A stretch of 64,000 bases of DNA from Tubiluchus corallicola (lineage: Eukaryota; Animalia; Priapulida), in assembly GCA_030141605.1 (NCBI GenBank), contig JAQGDQ010000187.1, forward strand, positions 356,532 through 420,531. The letters are read 5' to 3'. The position numbers and the translations under genes are program-made. This document shows positions 22,824-36,532 of the stretch, piece by piece. How positions within the stretch are numbered: position 1 is the first letter of the stretch; each line of letters begins with the position of its first letter. Below the pieces are notes generated by a model, which was given only the letters and a program-made list of their open reading frames with translations, ran no database searches and was not told where the DNA came from.

Positions 22824-25800
22824 TATTCCTATTGCAATACATTTTGTACATAGACCTGTGATTGATGGCTAGAACATTACTATTTAACTAATTTCTGATC
22901 ATGTTTAACATTTAAATTCACTATTTTATGCATTTAAATTCGTATTTTGTTGTGACTGCAATGTGTGTAGCCCACGCATAATTTTATACTGCCTCATTAG
23001 AAGAATGAGCATTGATTTTTAGATCTACCTTCAAGAAGTGTTGATTAGATTTCAATAACAAATCTGTTTTGCAGGATAGTTTTGCTAGTTGTTCTGTTGC
23101 GATTCCCCATTCTCAGTAATAGCAGTTTGTTGTTATCATTAAGGAGGCAGTATTTCAAAAAGTACTATAACATGTTTGTGCATAAATGCAAAATCTTTCT
23201 ATGAACATATGAACGTCTAGACACACAGTTAGATAATGTAAATATTTATCATGGTAATTCCGCATATGTTGCTTAGTTGGTCCACTATGTAGAAGAACGA
23301 GTTGTGTTAAAAAGTTAAGAAACAAATTTATATTGTTGTACTTTGCTACAATGTGTACGTTATTATTTCTTTTATCCGGTCTTTGGCACAGGAAATGTGA
23401 CAAATTTAATTAAATGTGACAAATTTTAATTTTGAGTACCAAGTACTCCTGTATGTGTAACCTTATTCTGTAAACAAAAAACTGGAAGAATGTCTAAATA
23501 TTAATAATTTAGGTAGTGTCATTCAGCACTACGTGACAACTAATTTTTGTACTCACTAGTATTTGATACATGTGATGTTACTTGCTTTGTTCCTTTTGTA
23601 CTTAGTAATTCTTATTTATTTAAGTTGCTGTTGCTTGCGCAATTTACTGGATTTAGCGATTTTCATGTTGCTTAAGTAATTCAATGAGTTTTTCAAAATG
23701 TCAAAAACAAAATTTTAAATCATCTATTTTCAATTACTGGAATCATATTGGTAGTTTTCTTTTATCGTGATTTTTAGATATTTTTTATACAAACAAAAAA
23801 TTTTATGCCATGACCTGGTGCTTGTATTCAAGTGAACTTTAAAATCTTTTCATTTTTGATATGTGCTAACTACATGTGTGAATTGTTTGTATGTTCTGTT
23901 AGCTTTAAATAGAAATCATCGTAAATTTTTAAGAGCTGACAGTTATATAATAATTGTATTAAAACCGTTTCCAATCACATACCATACAGTTTGAAGTGGT
24001 TATTCATTTTTTTACTGCATAGAGACAGTAGCATAGAGTTTACATGCGATTAGTCTGTACTAGCATTTGGAATTTTTTGAAAAATCTGTTATCTGTTATA
24101 ATCATGATTCTAACTGATGTTTCAAGCTTCTTTATAAGATTTTGAATATATTGTGAAAAAAATTATGTAATGCATGTGGTCTACAAATCTAATGACTATG
24201 CTGTTGTTAGCGGAATTCAGTTGCTTTTTGCGCACGTCAGGAGGTGCTTCATTCATGGTTATTTGGAAAAACGTGATCATTTAGAAACTCGACATTTGTA
24301 CACTTTGCCATTCGGCTTTGGGAGAACTATTGAACACGCAAATACAGTGCAGATAAAACGATCAAATCGTATTGAAGCAGTTTAAATTTTCTGACTCGCA
24401 TATTTGACGTTGTTTGTGATCAATGCAGCAAAATGAATTGTTAGTATATTATTTATATTTTTAAATAAAATAACTGTTGATGAGATATTTCTTTAATGAC
24501 CTGTAGTGTTTTTGTTTGTGTATTTTAGCGAAAGAAAGCATCAGTTGGACTGAAGCTTTAAGCCAATACTGTAAAAGTTGAATACATTTAACAAAAGTAA
24601 ATTTATTAGGCATGTCGTTTTTTTGTTTTCATTTCCTTCAGTTTATTAACTGAAATGGAAACAAACAGCATAAATTGTGAACAAACACCAGGTATGGGCC
24701 CTTGCTATATGTTTTGATTAGTTCTGACTTGAATTCCAGGGCTGCTTTTTGTGTAACATTCGGATTACACATGCTGTTAACGCATACATTGACTACTAAT
24801 ATCTTTAGCTATCTTCTTTCACAACAGATACAGTCACGATGAAATTTTTATAGAGAGAAAGTGCGCAAAATAAATGTATGTCTTACATGTAAAATTGTAT
24901 GTATCGCTAAATAGTAAATAATCATGCGTGTGCTGCGTGATTAATGGCATTCAATGGTTTGTAGAAAATTTAGCAAATATTTACCTTTGTTATCAAATTC
25001 CGTTTAACCTGTTAGTACTTCGAGCAGTAAATCGCGTGAGGATTATGTTTCAAAGGTCTAAGGTACTTAGGCCATTAGTAACCTTGAGAAGGACTGGCCT
25101 AACACCCTGATCCCATGAGAATTAAACAGTTGTCTGGTTGGCATTATTGTGAAATGCTCGAGCGTATTTGGCTATTTAAGTGACATAATTTTAGCATATA
25201 AGTGGCCTTCAATTTTACGCAGAATTCTGTAATTGTTAAAAAAATTCCCATCAGTTATGCACAAAGTTCTGTAATTGTTAAAAAGGTTTCGTTCACTTTT
25301 TATTATCATTTCCGGATGTTCACTTGCGAAGTAAACTATTAACAGGTAAACTTCACCGTTTTGTTGTTGTTCTTGGCGTTGGGTTTGGCGTTATCGTTAC
25401 TGTTTGTGTAAAGTTTTTGATTATTTGAAAAACGGCACAGCATATCTCAAAACTGGTACAAATCGGGACAGAATCACCCGAGAATGTGGAAATCACGTAA
25501 AATTTGGAACAATGTTACTCTAACGTGCGAGGATCTTAACTCTCGAAGTTCAATGAAGCTTCGCATAGCTCAGTGAAGAACTGGCCATGCGATGGCCAAA
25601 AGACTGATAAATTGACCCTCACGCCAAAGGAAAATAGATTCTCACTATTCTTACTGACATCATCCTTCCAAAATATTTCCCACAAAAGTTCCCGCGGAAA
25701 ATGTGCCGTTCCATTACTAATTACAATTATCATTATTTATTTTTCTTCACAAGACGAGCTTCTCATCAGTGATAACGTTACATGTAAAACATGCAAACAT

Positions 25801-26379
25801 ACATAGCCATATATAGGTACAACCGTACAAAGGTATCATTTGTATTTTGCTTGACCTGTGTAAAGAAAGACGTAGGCAGGACAAGATGATAAAGTCAAAT
25901 AAGATGCTTTCGACTAAATTTCAACAAAATAGATCGCTAGAGTTGAGGGAGTTGAAGCTCAAATACACGTACGAGTACTTATTACTTTCATGAGCGTACA
26001 AGGCTGGAGGTCAAGGGGACGGCTGTCATACAGGCCAAATGGTTAATTTAAAGCTCACACAGTAATTGTACTTGCTATCAAATTTATGTTCACTAAGCCA
26101 CATATTACTCCTATACACTTTTTAGGTACATACTGTTCATTGTACTGACAAGGTTATATATTTTATACATGTTTAAAGGTTATATACATGTTTGCAAAAG
26201 GAAAAAATAGATCTATGTGTTCTAGACTGCGTTACTTGTTTTCAAATTCTTAAGCATTAGAAAACATATGTGAAGTAGTTACATGGGTGAAGAACACTTT
26301 TTAGTACTACCTTTTTTCCCAGCATGAGGGCCAGAAATGAATAGAGACAAAGGACAAAAACGAGCACAGATACTAAATC

Positions 26380-27190
26380 TTATCTAGACTTTCTCACATT
26401 TGGGAACAGCAACCGAACATCTTTTACATGCCACAAATGAGAAACTACTAACAAACTATAATATTTCCTGGAAGGAATATGTTACAAAAGAAACGGGTAA
26501 AACGGGAAACTAATAAACTACAAACCTATGCAAAATTTAAGCAAGAATTTGAAGCCGAATAGTATTTTCTTTTTGTACATAATCATATACTAAGATCGAA
26601 CTTTTCTAAACTGTCAATCAGTTCTCACAACTTGTACATAGTCAAAGGCTCAAGGTGCCTGTTAAAAATCGAATATATAAATATTGCAATGAACAAAAAA
26701 TTGAAAATGAAATGCGTTTTGTACTTGACAGTAAAAATGACTATGATCTAAAGTCAATTTTACTCAGTTTTATTACGAAAAGTTTCCCTGTTTTTATTAA
26801 TCTACCTATGGACCAAAAATTTATTTTGCTGTTAAAAGATAGTGATTTTGAAATGCCAAATTTAGTGTCAAAATTCATTACTGAGTGTTTTATAAAATGA
26901 AATTTACAAAATTGAGATTACTTGTTGTTCTAGTTAATAGTGTAAGATTTTCATTATATGCTATAATTCTAATGCTTCTCTTTAAATGTAGTTTACCATT
27001 TTGTAAAAATGTAATTTTAATATAATACTATTCTTGCTCTACAGTACAAATTTGTTGAAAAATGTAATTGCAATTCTAAAATTCGTTGTGTACTAAACTT
27101 TGTAATATAACATAGCATAATATAATATAATTGTAATATTTAACCACTGTAAATACCGTTTACTATTATTATTATTATTATTATTATTAT
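26380..27190 (+). mobile_element. Decayed 3' end of a non-LTR retrotransposon (RTEX/L2-like C-terminus) with a (TAT)n tail
   Basis: Translates as KLQTYAKFKQEFEAE*Y...FSKLSISSHNL...PVKNRIYKYCNEQKIENEMRFVLD, resembling the LINE ORF2 C-terminal KLxTYxxFK...RxCxxC...IEDExHFL motif; contains stops and frameshifts. Confidence 0.65.
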
Positions 27191-27448
27191 TGTGTATTGT
27201 GTTGACGATTATACCCCATGCGCGGGGTTTTGTCTGTGCAGTTTTTCTTCATTGTAATTGTTTGCATTGTTTATGTAATATATTGTAACTTGTAATTGTA
27301 TGGATTATAAATCGTAAACAAAAAATTATTTACGGTCGCTAGGACAACGAACAGTATTAGCCAAGGTACTGCAAGCGACTTTTAACGAAAACAGCAACAC
27401 CGAGACGCCATAAATAAATAACACAGCTAACAAGTGTTTGCTCCAATA

Positions 27449-27527
27449 GAGGTGGTCGTAAGATTAGAACTCGGGGTGTAAGCAGAGGAGCACCCACAAT
27501 TCGTTACTTTGACCACTCGGCCACCTG
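27449..27527 (-). mobile_element. tRNA-derived SINE head or tRNA pseudogene
   Basis: Minus strand has ggtggccgagtggtcaaag (A-box-like) and gagttctaatct (degenerate B box); no clean cloverleaf seen. Confidence 0.5.
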
Positions 27528-29259
27528 TACTGGCAAATGTTGATACGATTCACGCCAATTTCTCAACGGGAATGGTGTCATTATAATCATTTCTTATTTT
27601 TACTTCGTTAATTTTTGATATCTGACAATAGTTTTTGAAAAGAACTTTAAAAAACACATTCAAATGATTAAAATATTAAAAAACGGTTTACAACTCTTTA
27701 CTTTTATGGGTTACTGTCATGTGCAATGAGCTGTTTTTTATTTTATGACGACAACACACTTTATTTTTTCCTAACACTCCGTATATATGTTATATTGAGT
27801 ACAAATACAGAAAAGCACTGCCATTTAATAAAGCAATACTATTATAATATTAAGAGTTTGTCTAAACTTTCAAGCTTAAGGTTGAAGCATTAAGTTCATG
27901 TTACACTGGGGACATCCTACTATCCGCCCATCATCTGCTAATATGTAATAGCAATGTATTCCCCTTTTGATATGTTTATTGCTAGGGCTGATAGCCCGCA
28001 GGATATAAATCATGCAAACATTTCTGGAGCACTTCCGTTCTTAAAGTACGCATGTATATATATATAATCCTCAAATATATATACATATAAATATATATAT
28101 AGTTGCAAAACCTAGAGTCTGCGTAAAGTCCAGTCTGAGTAGACCGACCGCTTGTGTACGTGCTTTGCAAATATGTAATGATGATGTAGTTCACATTTTT
28201 TGCATTGCGTCAACATTTAAGTCCACACTACACTCACGCAAGAAGAAGTGCGCTATTATATCTGTACGCGTTCCAACCGTCATAGGCGAGTAATATCACT
28301 TTGGGTCTGAATAGTCATAATAAGGCTACACCCCTGTGGAACGATCAAGTTTGATTAAGGATTTGTCTGAATGACGGACAAGGTCTCAGCACTAGATTCT
28401 TGAAACAGGTTTGTGACAGATTTTCAACAGGAATGATTTCGATTAGAAGGATTATGTGACTACAAAGCATCTAGTTAAATTTTAGCTAAACCAGCCTGAC
28501 AAGAACTACACACAGAACAATATCAGTAACTATATCTACAGCACGGATAGATATTTGTTTTGACGGGTGAGTTGATAGTTTACCTACTTATAGTTATAAC
28601 TAGTAGACAATTTGCATTTTATATATGTGTACATGCAGGTTGTAAAATTAACTGCAACTAGAGAAAAGTAAAATGATTTGTGTCACATATATACATTATA
28701 TGCAACACGCGCAAGTTATTGTAAGAATTGAAAAATTTGCACAAACTATTACACTAAGTGAATAAAGACATTTAAGAAATAACGTTGAAGTAGAACTAGA
28801 TTTATATTAAACGAATTAAAATTCTGCAAACGATCGGTTTGATTTTACTTTCCCTTTAATGAAATACTCGAGCAATACACTGGCTGGCATTCAAAATTTA
28901 CATCGCTAGGCCGCAAAACAGACTAAAATCGACCTGCAAGACATTTTATATTTAAATTTTCTCACTATAAACTTTTACTGGGGTAATACTTTTACTACAG
29001 ATATGGCTATACGATATTGACCTAAACTACACACCTGCTTTGAAAATGACACTAATTTTTTTAAGGTCGTAAGGTGTAAATAATTCTCTGGTGCTTATTT
29101 ATTTTTTTAACTTGTAAGGAAAAATTTTGCAAACAAAATAATAGACTCGTAATTACTAAACATGTCCATAGTTTTCTTCTATTTATCTTCTATTCTTAAC
29201 TCGCAGAACGTTAATTTTCATTCCAAAATTTATCGTGTGCATGTTCTTTTGGGCGAAAG

Positions 29260-29510
29260 AACAGAACTGGTTGAACAAAACAGAGAAAAACGAAATGAAA
29301 CTGGACCAAACGAAACGAAATGAAATGAAGCAGAATAGCATAGCGCAAAATAATAACAAAATGTGCAAAATAGGACAGGACAGGCAAGGTAGGGCTGGGC
29401 CCAACGGAACAGGATAGGATAGCACAGCACAGCGCGAGAGAGGGCGCAAAAGGGTAGAACTGCAGAACAAGACGGAGTTTAACTGGAGTAACGGAACTAG
29501 ATAAAGCAAC
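29260..29510. repeat. Degenerate purine-rich pentamer low-complexity tract
   Basis: Units such as aaacg, aaatg, atagc, acagc and atagg. Confidence 0.7.
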
Positions 29511-29995
29511 TTTCACATGATGTTCATTTACATGATGCCGATAGCACTATAGACATCAACGGTGATTCATTTTTGAGTGAAACCTGCATCATGCGCAGTT
29601 ATAATGTCATAATAACCATTTTAATTGCTAATGCGGGAATCATAATGGTAGTGTAACATTTACTTATCTGTAAATACGTCGCAATCAGCGGGTAACAATC
29701 TACCAAATTAATCTACATTTCAGGTTGTTTAATTTTGCTAGCTATTTTTAATGTATTGCCTTGTGTCTAAAAAACGATTGTATATTTGAATAAAAAGTGT
29801 CTTCAATGCTTTTAATTCTAACGTTTACATTTTTGTAGCTAATAAATTAAATGCAATAATAATGTCCATTTTGTGAACTTTCGCAATATGAACAATACAT
29901 GCTCGATGTGCGATATTTGCTACTGCTGTAGGAGCTCGAGAATGTTTCAACGTTTATGCAGAACTTATGGTTCTGTTTTTTTCAGGTATGCAAAG

Positions 29996-30565
29996 ATGGC
30001 GTGCAGTAAACTTGCATTGATTTTAACTTTATTGTATCTAGTCAAAGCTGATATTTCTTTAACTATTCTTCACACGAATGACGTTCACGCAAGAATAGAA
30101 CAAGCAGATGAATCTGGCGGCCAATGTAGTGAATCAGAGGCCAATGCTGGTGAATGCTGGGGCGGATATGCTAGAATCATTACCAAGGTATGCAGATCAT
30201 TCAGCGGCTTGTTTGTCAAAGTTGTCAAACTGTTTCAGATTGAAATTTAATATTATACCTTCAAAACTATTTTTATGGCCGCGAGCGGCTGCGCTAACTA
30301 CCTATAATTAATTTTGTGTTAGCTACAGCTTTTGTTGCCTGTGGTTTTGATTAAGCAAAATATTTTTTCAAAATTTTCATAAAAGTTGCTAATTCATGAT
30401 CGAACGTGGAAACTGCCACATTGATTTCTTACATTAAGATGCTTGTTCACTAATTTAGCCAACTAACAATGCGAAGATTTTTTTGTCAAAAGGAAAGCAC
30501 CATAATTTGATTTTGGATGTGTGTACGTAAGCATCTGCTTGTTCTTCATGATGATGATGATGATG

Positions 30566-30606
<41 letters not shown>

Positions 30607-33600
30607 GATTTATTTTCTAAACTATGTACAAAATACATTCCCTCTATTTGTAGGGATATGTTTAAAATTTCTAAAAGCATTTACAAATCAAGCGTTTTAA
30701 ACATATTCTCATATATATATATAATTTAGAATCTAACGCATAAGACATAATAAACGACAACGATCATATACAATAGATATAGTTACAGATTCTAATCCAT
30801 TACAACATACATAATGAAAAATAACGAACATATTTTAATACATAGTAACATAGCATTACACACAGTGAAAAACAACGAGTACAATTATAATAAACGTAAT
30901 TACCAATTCTAATGCAATTACACATAATCATAAATAAAAAAAAGCAGTATATAGAAAACACGACGTGAGTTGTAAAATTAACGTCCAACAAAATGTCAAT
31001 CATTCTCAGTCAAGTTCTGCTGACTGTCCAATCAACGTGCATATTTTTCACACGCCCACGGAAGCGGTTCATAACCTCGTTTTTCGGGACATGAGCTGTA
31101 ACTATCTATTGTCTGTATATGTTATATTCTTATGAAAAATGCTCAACTTTTCATTAGTTTGCAGGAGAGAAAACAGATTTCTTTTGGCTTGGTTTACTAA
31201 TGTACATTCAAATAATAAATGATGTACAGCACGAGGGCTTAATAAGCAGTTACATGTACTATTAGGAGCATGCGCTATTTTGTACAAAAATTGCTTAAAA
31301 GTTTCCTTCTTAAGTAATAAACTGAAAATTAACACTTCTACTTTTCTCTTGCCCAAAGGGACAGGGAATTGCAATGGCGCATTAAAAACTTTTATCGGGT
31401 TAATACTGGTGTTTGTACATTGGTACTTGTAGCGACATCTATTTTTCCGCATATGGGACGCATAATTGTCATTGTCACTTTTCTTGTATTGAAACGTAGG
31501 TGGAGGTAAAGATGCTATATCCATGTTACGCCAGTTTATATCCTTACTGATTTTTAAAAATTCGCCTGTATAGGCTAGCAATTGACATAAAAAGTGATTA
31601 TGGTTAAGATGAGGATTTACATAACTATTTATCAAGTGTAATTTGACAATATCATCATTTGAGGCAGATAGTACTTTCAGAATAAATTTTGTAGCTACAC
31701 TTTTAAAGATTATGTGGAGAGGTCGCAGACCACAGATCATCTCTAATTTTTCACGAGACGGGTGAAAATTACAGCCTGTTCCAATTTTCATAACATCAAA
31801 CATTAGATCATCGAAGAAGCTATGTTTGCGCACCTTCCAAGCTGGAGCACGATACAAAATTATACGTAATACAAGGGTTTTAAAGAGCAAATTTACAGTA
31901 TGGAGACTAAAACCTTTTTAGAGGGTACATATTCGTTTGATTTGTAATCATCTGTGTCATGCTTTTTTCCTGACGTTATTGATTTGTAGCTCAAATGACA
32001 ACTGCTTGTCTATAATAACACCTAGCACCTTACTGCTCTGCACGTAATTAATGATTTGATTCCCAATTTTCAAAATGACATTTTGGTTTTCCGTGCCAAA
32101 AGGTATAACCTCAGTTTTACGAGGTGAGCAGTTAATAACCTGTCTCCATTTTCTACATCAGATATGAAGCCTATTTCATCACTAAAAGACTCGTTTTCGG
32201 CGCCTGCATGAACGCGCAAAAAATCATACTACGTGTAAAGTTTACAAAATACAGAGGCGGCTGCTCAAATTTTGTATACAGAATTTTTTTGTTTTTGAAA
32301 CTGTCTTGTAAGACGGTACTAGGTAACTCGTTTATTATTAGACATCTAATTATATTACTCCTGCTCCTTTTTATGTACAGTCCTAAAGTGGCCCGTCGTC
32401 CGTGCAGCACTCTGTAGAACCAGTAACTATTGGGATATAGATGCGAAACGTCGCACTAACTTATTGCACGCATGTTTTTCGAATTTGGTATAAATTGCTT
32501 TGAAGTTTTAAGGTTACTTTATTACAAGCGTTTGTCCTTTATATAGATCTTGAAAGAGATATACCGTGATATACACCTTGAAATTGATGAAATGTTTATC
32601 TCTCAAAAACTTATACTTAACTTATTAAAAAAACTATACTTAGCTTTTTGCATTGATAAACAAAACAGAAACACCGATATCAATTGGATTACACAACTTC
32701 CAGATGGACACGAGGTAACATTGAGTGTGACAAATTTAGTACCTTAAAAATTTTAATGTTAAAGGCTAAAAGCTCGACATTTTGCATCTCCTCTCCTCGC
32801 TTTATCGATGATTACGGAACACATTCATTAAATTTTCATCATTTTTCACAAAGCGGACTAGTTTTTGTATTTGTCTCTAAAAGGACAATATTCGTCTACT
32901 TCAGCACGCAGAAGCTACAAGACTGCATTGCTGAAAGGTTGTGTATCATTTATTTATTGTGTAAATATCTGTTATTTGTAGTTAAATATACTTGGGGCCT
33001 TAAATGTTTTATGTATTAATGGTAGTGCCCAACGTTAAATGATTTGTCAATTTTAGAACACCTCTTGTGCAAACAACAATCAAAGCAAAAATACAAAAAC
33101 CGGCTTTCATCTGGTATTATACCGATAAAGATTAGTTCTAAGGAAATAGGAGGGATAATAGAGTTTACTGGCTTTACTACAAACTAACGCTGAGCGGCTG
33201 ACTGACTGGTTGGCAGGCTCGCTGGCTGGCTGGTCGGCTGCCTTATTGGCTGACTGACGTCGTGCCATAAGCAAATGACAAGAAGAAATAAAGAGCAAAC
33301 GAAAAATATATCAACGTAAAGTTTATTTTTAATGCCAAGAATAGTGACAAGTAATGAAAAATAAAGAAAAGCACGGTGTTTCAAGGCACCGCTTTGGAAA
33401 AATAAGAAAGGGAAAAGTGAAATGTAATTACTAATACTAATTTTCCGCGGAGTTCGACATTTTCATTATAATAACATAAGTGTAGCAAAATAATATAATA
33501 ATACTTGTCAAGTAAATTTTCTTATAGGTGAAAGAAATTAGAAACAGAGATGAAAATGTTATATTTCTGGACGCAGGAGATCAGTTTCAAGGCACACTGT

Positions 33601-36347
33601 GGTACTCTGTTCATAAATGGACTGTTGCAGCTCACTTTATGAATATGGCTGGGTATGATGTCATGGTAAATAACATTAAGCATATAAATCTTTATATTGA
33701 GACAAATTTTCTTATCGATCTTCATCACCTCGTTTCTGAAATTTGTTTTTGTGAGGATAATGGTTGTAAAATGAAAGTTTAAACATCTACTTCAACAAAA
33801 TAAATTTAAGCTTAACGTATTTTTTCACGTCAAGCAAACTTTGACCTTTTCTAGGCTCTGGGAAATCATGAATTTGATGACGGAATTGCTGGAGTGGTCC
33901 CTTTCTTGGGAAACGTTAGTTTTCCAGTGATCAGCAGCAACATTGATGCCACAGAAGAGCCAGCAATGGAAGGAAGGTACCTAAAATTTTTATTATGGAC
34001 CAGGTTTAATAAGATTTGAATTGTCAACATTGCTTTCTGTTAGGTAATTTTATGTACCCTTAGTATTGTAGCTGCATTCAATATTTTAGGATCTTTTTCT
34101 TTGCTCTAATTCTAGAGAATGCGCTGTTAAATGTCGAAATAACCCCCCCCACACACACACACACACACCACCAGTTAGATTTTCTGGCCATTCGTCCTCT
34201 CAGTCATACATGCAGCCTTTTCACCAAATAATCTTTTGCTGTGAATCTCTTCGTTCATTTTTTGTTGACATACCCTGAAATTACATCTCTTCTCTTACTA
34301 TATTTAAAGCTACAAATGAGATCTCTCGATAAGTTAAAGCGTACACACATAAATTTACCTATTGACTGTTTTCTCATTTTTAGCCAAACTCCAATCACTT
34401 GTCCAATCGCATGTTACTGTGACGGAAAATTTTTTAGAACTTGTGGAGGCTACATCGCCCTGTGGCTAGGAATGAGTGCAAAAAGATTTGGACACTGCAA
34501 GGCTGGAATAATTATACAGAATCGGTCCAACAGTTATTGACTGGAAGGAAGTGATTTCTAGCGCTTTTCCAGGAAACATTCAGTCGCGATAAATCTGATA
34601 TCTCTCTTTCTTCTCGACTAGACCCAAATGTTTTAATTTCTCGGCTGGAAATAGCTGAACTACTTGCCAACATTTTACTGAGCTTGAACATCAAACGTGC
34701 CCTTATTTTTATTCCAAACCGATTCATCATTAAATATGGTGTAGGTTATAATATGGTTCTATATTTCAATAATCGCAGAATAGTTGCAAATTATTTATGA
34801 AGGAAAATCTTCTTTTGATATGAAATCAATAGTGGTGTTTTTCAGAGTTTTGTAATAGTCTTTACTCTGTTTCTAGTTTTATTGCTGTTTTTATGAAAAC
34901 AGTGTAGTAAGGTCCCTCCATTTATTGGTACACAAACATCTGACTGTTTGCTCAGAGATACCGCTGACCTTTCTGAACGTTTTTGTCCATGACATAAATT
35001 TTTTTTGAGTACTCAATAACCATCGTTATTAGCAAACCTGCGTTAAATTTTGGATACTGGCTTGCAGGATGCCAACCTGAATAAGAAAAATCCATGTCAT
35101 CAGTTTATAATCGCTGAGTCATCAAAATCTTTTGCGTGATCCAAATTGTTTTGTAAAATTTACGAGATGAAAAGTCAGTAAATTTCAAATTCCACTAGTG
35201 CAATCTTTGTATTAAATAATCGCATTTACACAATTCAGGTAAAATCTCTAACCGGCGCGAACGATGTAGCTATATAATAACGTTTTAATGGTAAAGCGGG
35301 ATAATGGCTGAGTAATCATGAGCGTGATTCGCGACCGAAGTTATTAACTGTTAATAGAAGCGTTAACAGAGTTCGTGGATGTAAGAATGACTGAGTGATT
35401 TCATTCCCTATACTGGTTCTAATTATTTACTTTTTACATAGGGGATGTGTATACGTCCGAATGTGACTCACTGACCTCTGCTCGTTCTATAGCTTATCTT
35501 AGAAGTTCACTCTTGATAATGAGGCAAGCCCCGGCGCCACAAACATCTCATAGATGCATTGCAATAATGATGTCTTTTTCCACTTAATTGTAATAAAAAA
35601 TCGTTTCGTTGTAAAAGTACCACCGTAAAAGTAAGACAGCGGCAATTCAAAATGGAGATGGGTGAGGGATTGAGCATGTTGGCATTGTACTAACAACTTT
35701 TAGATTATTCCCATTCATAGGTTTGGCAAATCTGCTGTGTTGGTTTTAAACAGCGGTCTGAAAGTTGGAATTGTTGGGTACACTACCACTGAGACACCAT
35801 CAATATCTAATAGCGGTAAATACAAACTTTTTATCACTTAACTACAAGTGGTGATAATTTTGCAGTTGCTGTAGTATACATGTAGGAAAGAAAATACGTA
35901 ACCGTAGGAAAAAATGCTACTCAGGATGCAAGCAGGATGAGGGAAGAACTTCAAACAGGTAGAAAGGCGGTTAATTGAAAATGGCGCTGGTTAAAGCTGA
36001 TTACCTAACTAATCATTTTTCTTGTTTATTCCTTTTAGAGAAACTAACTTTCGATGATGAGATAGAAAGTATTAGAGCCGAAGTAGCTAAAATACAAAGA
36101 GACCCTAGCGTAAAAATAATAATTGCTCTTGGGCATGCTGGATTTTCAAAAGACAAAGAAATTGCACAAAAAGTTGAAGGAGTCGATGTTGTAGTCGGTG
36201 GTCACACAAACACCTTCTTATGGCCCGAAGGTGGAGGTAAGGATATAAATATTTGTTTCATTTTCATGCAAATAAAAGCTTTTTGCATATAATTATAGTT
36301 TAACAGGAAGGGCGGGTAAAGAAAAAGCAATGGATTGGATAGACAGT

Positions 36348-36420
<73 letters not shown>

Positions 36421-36471
36421 AAGAGAGAGAGAGAGAGAAAGAAGAGAGGGAGAGAGAGAGGGAGAGAGAGC

Positions 36472-36532
<61 letters not shown>

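Noticed and set aside
34500-35160. Coding-looking minus-strand remnant in NT5E intron 3
   Set aside because: Multiple stops and no motif I can assign confidently; needs BLASTX.
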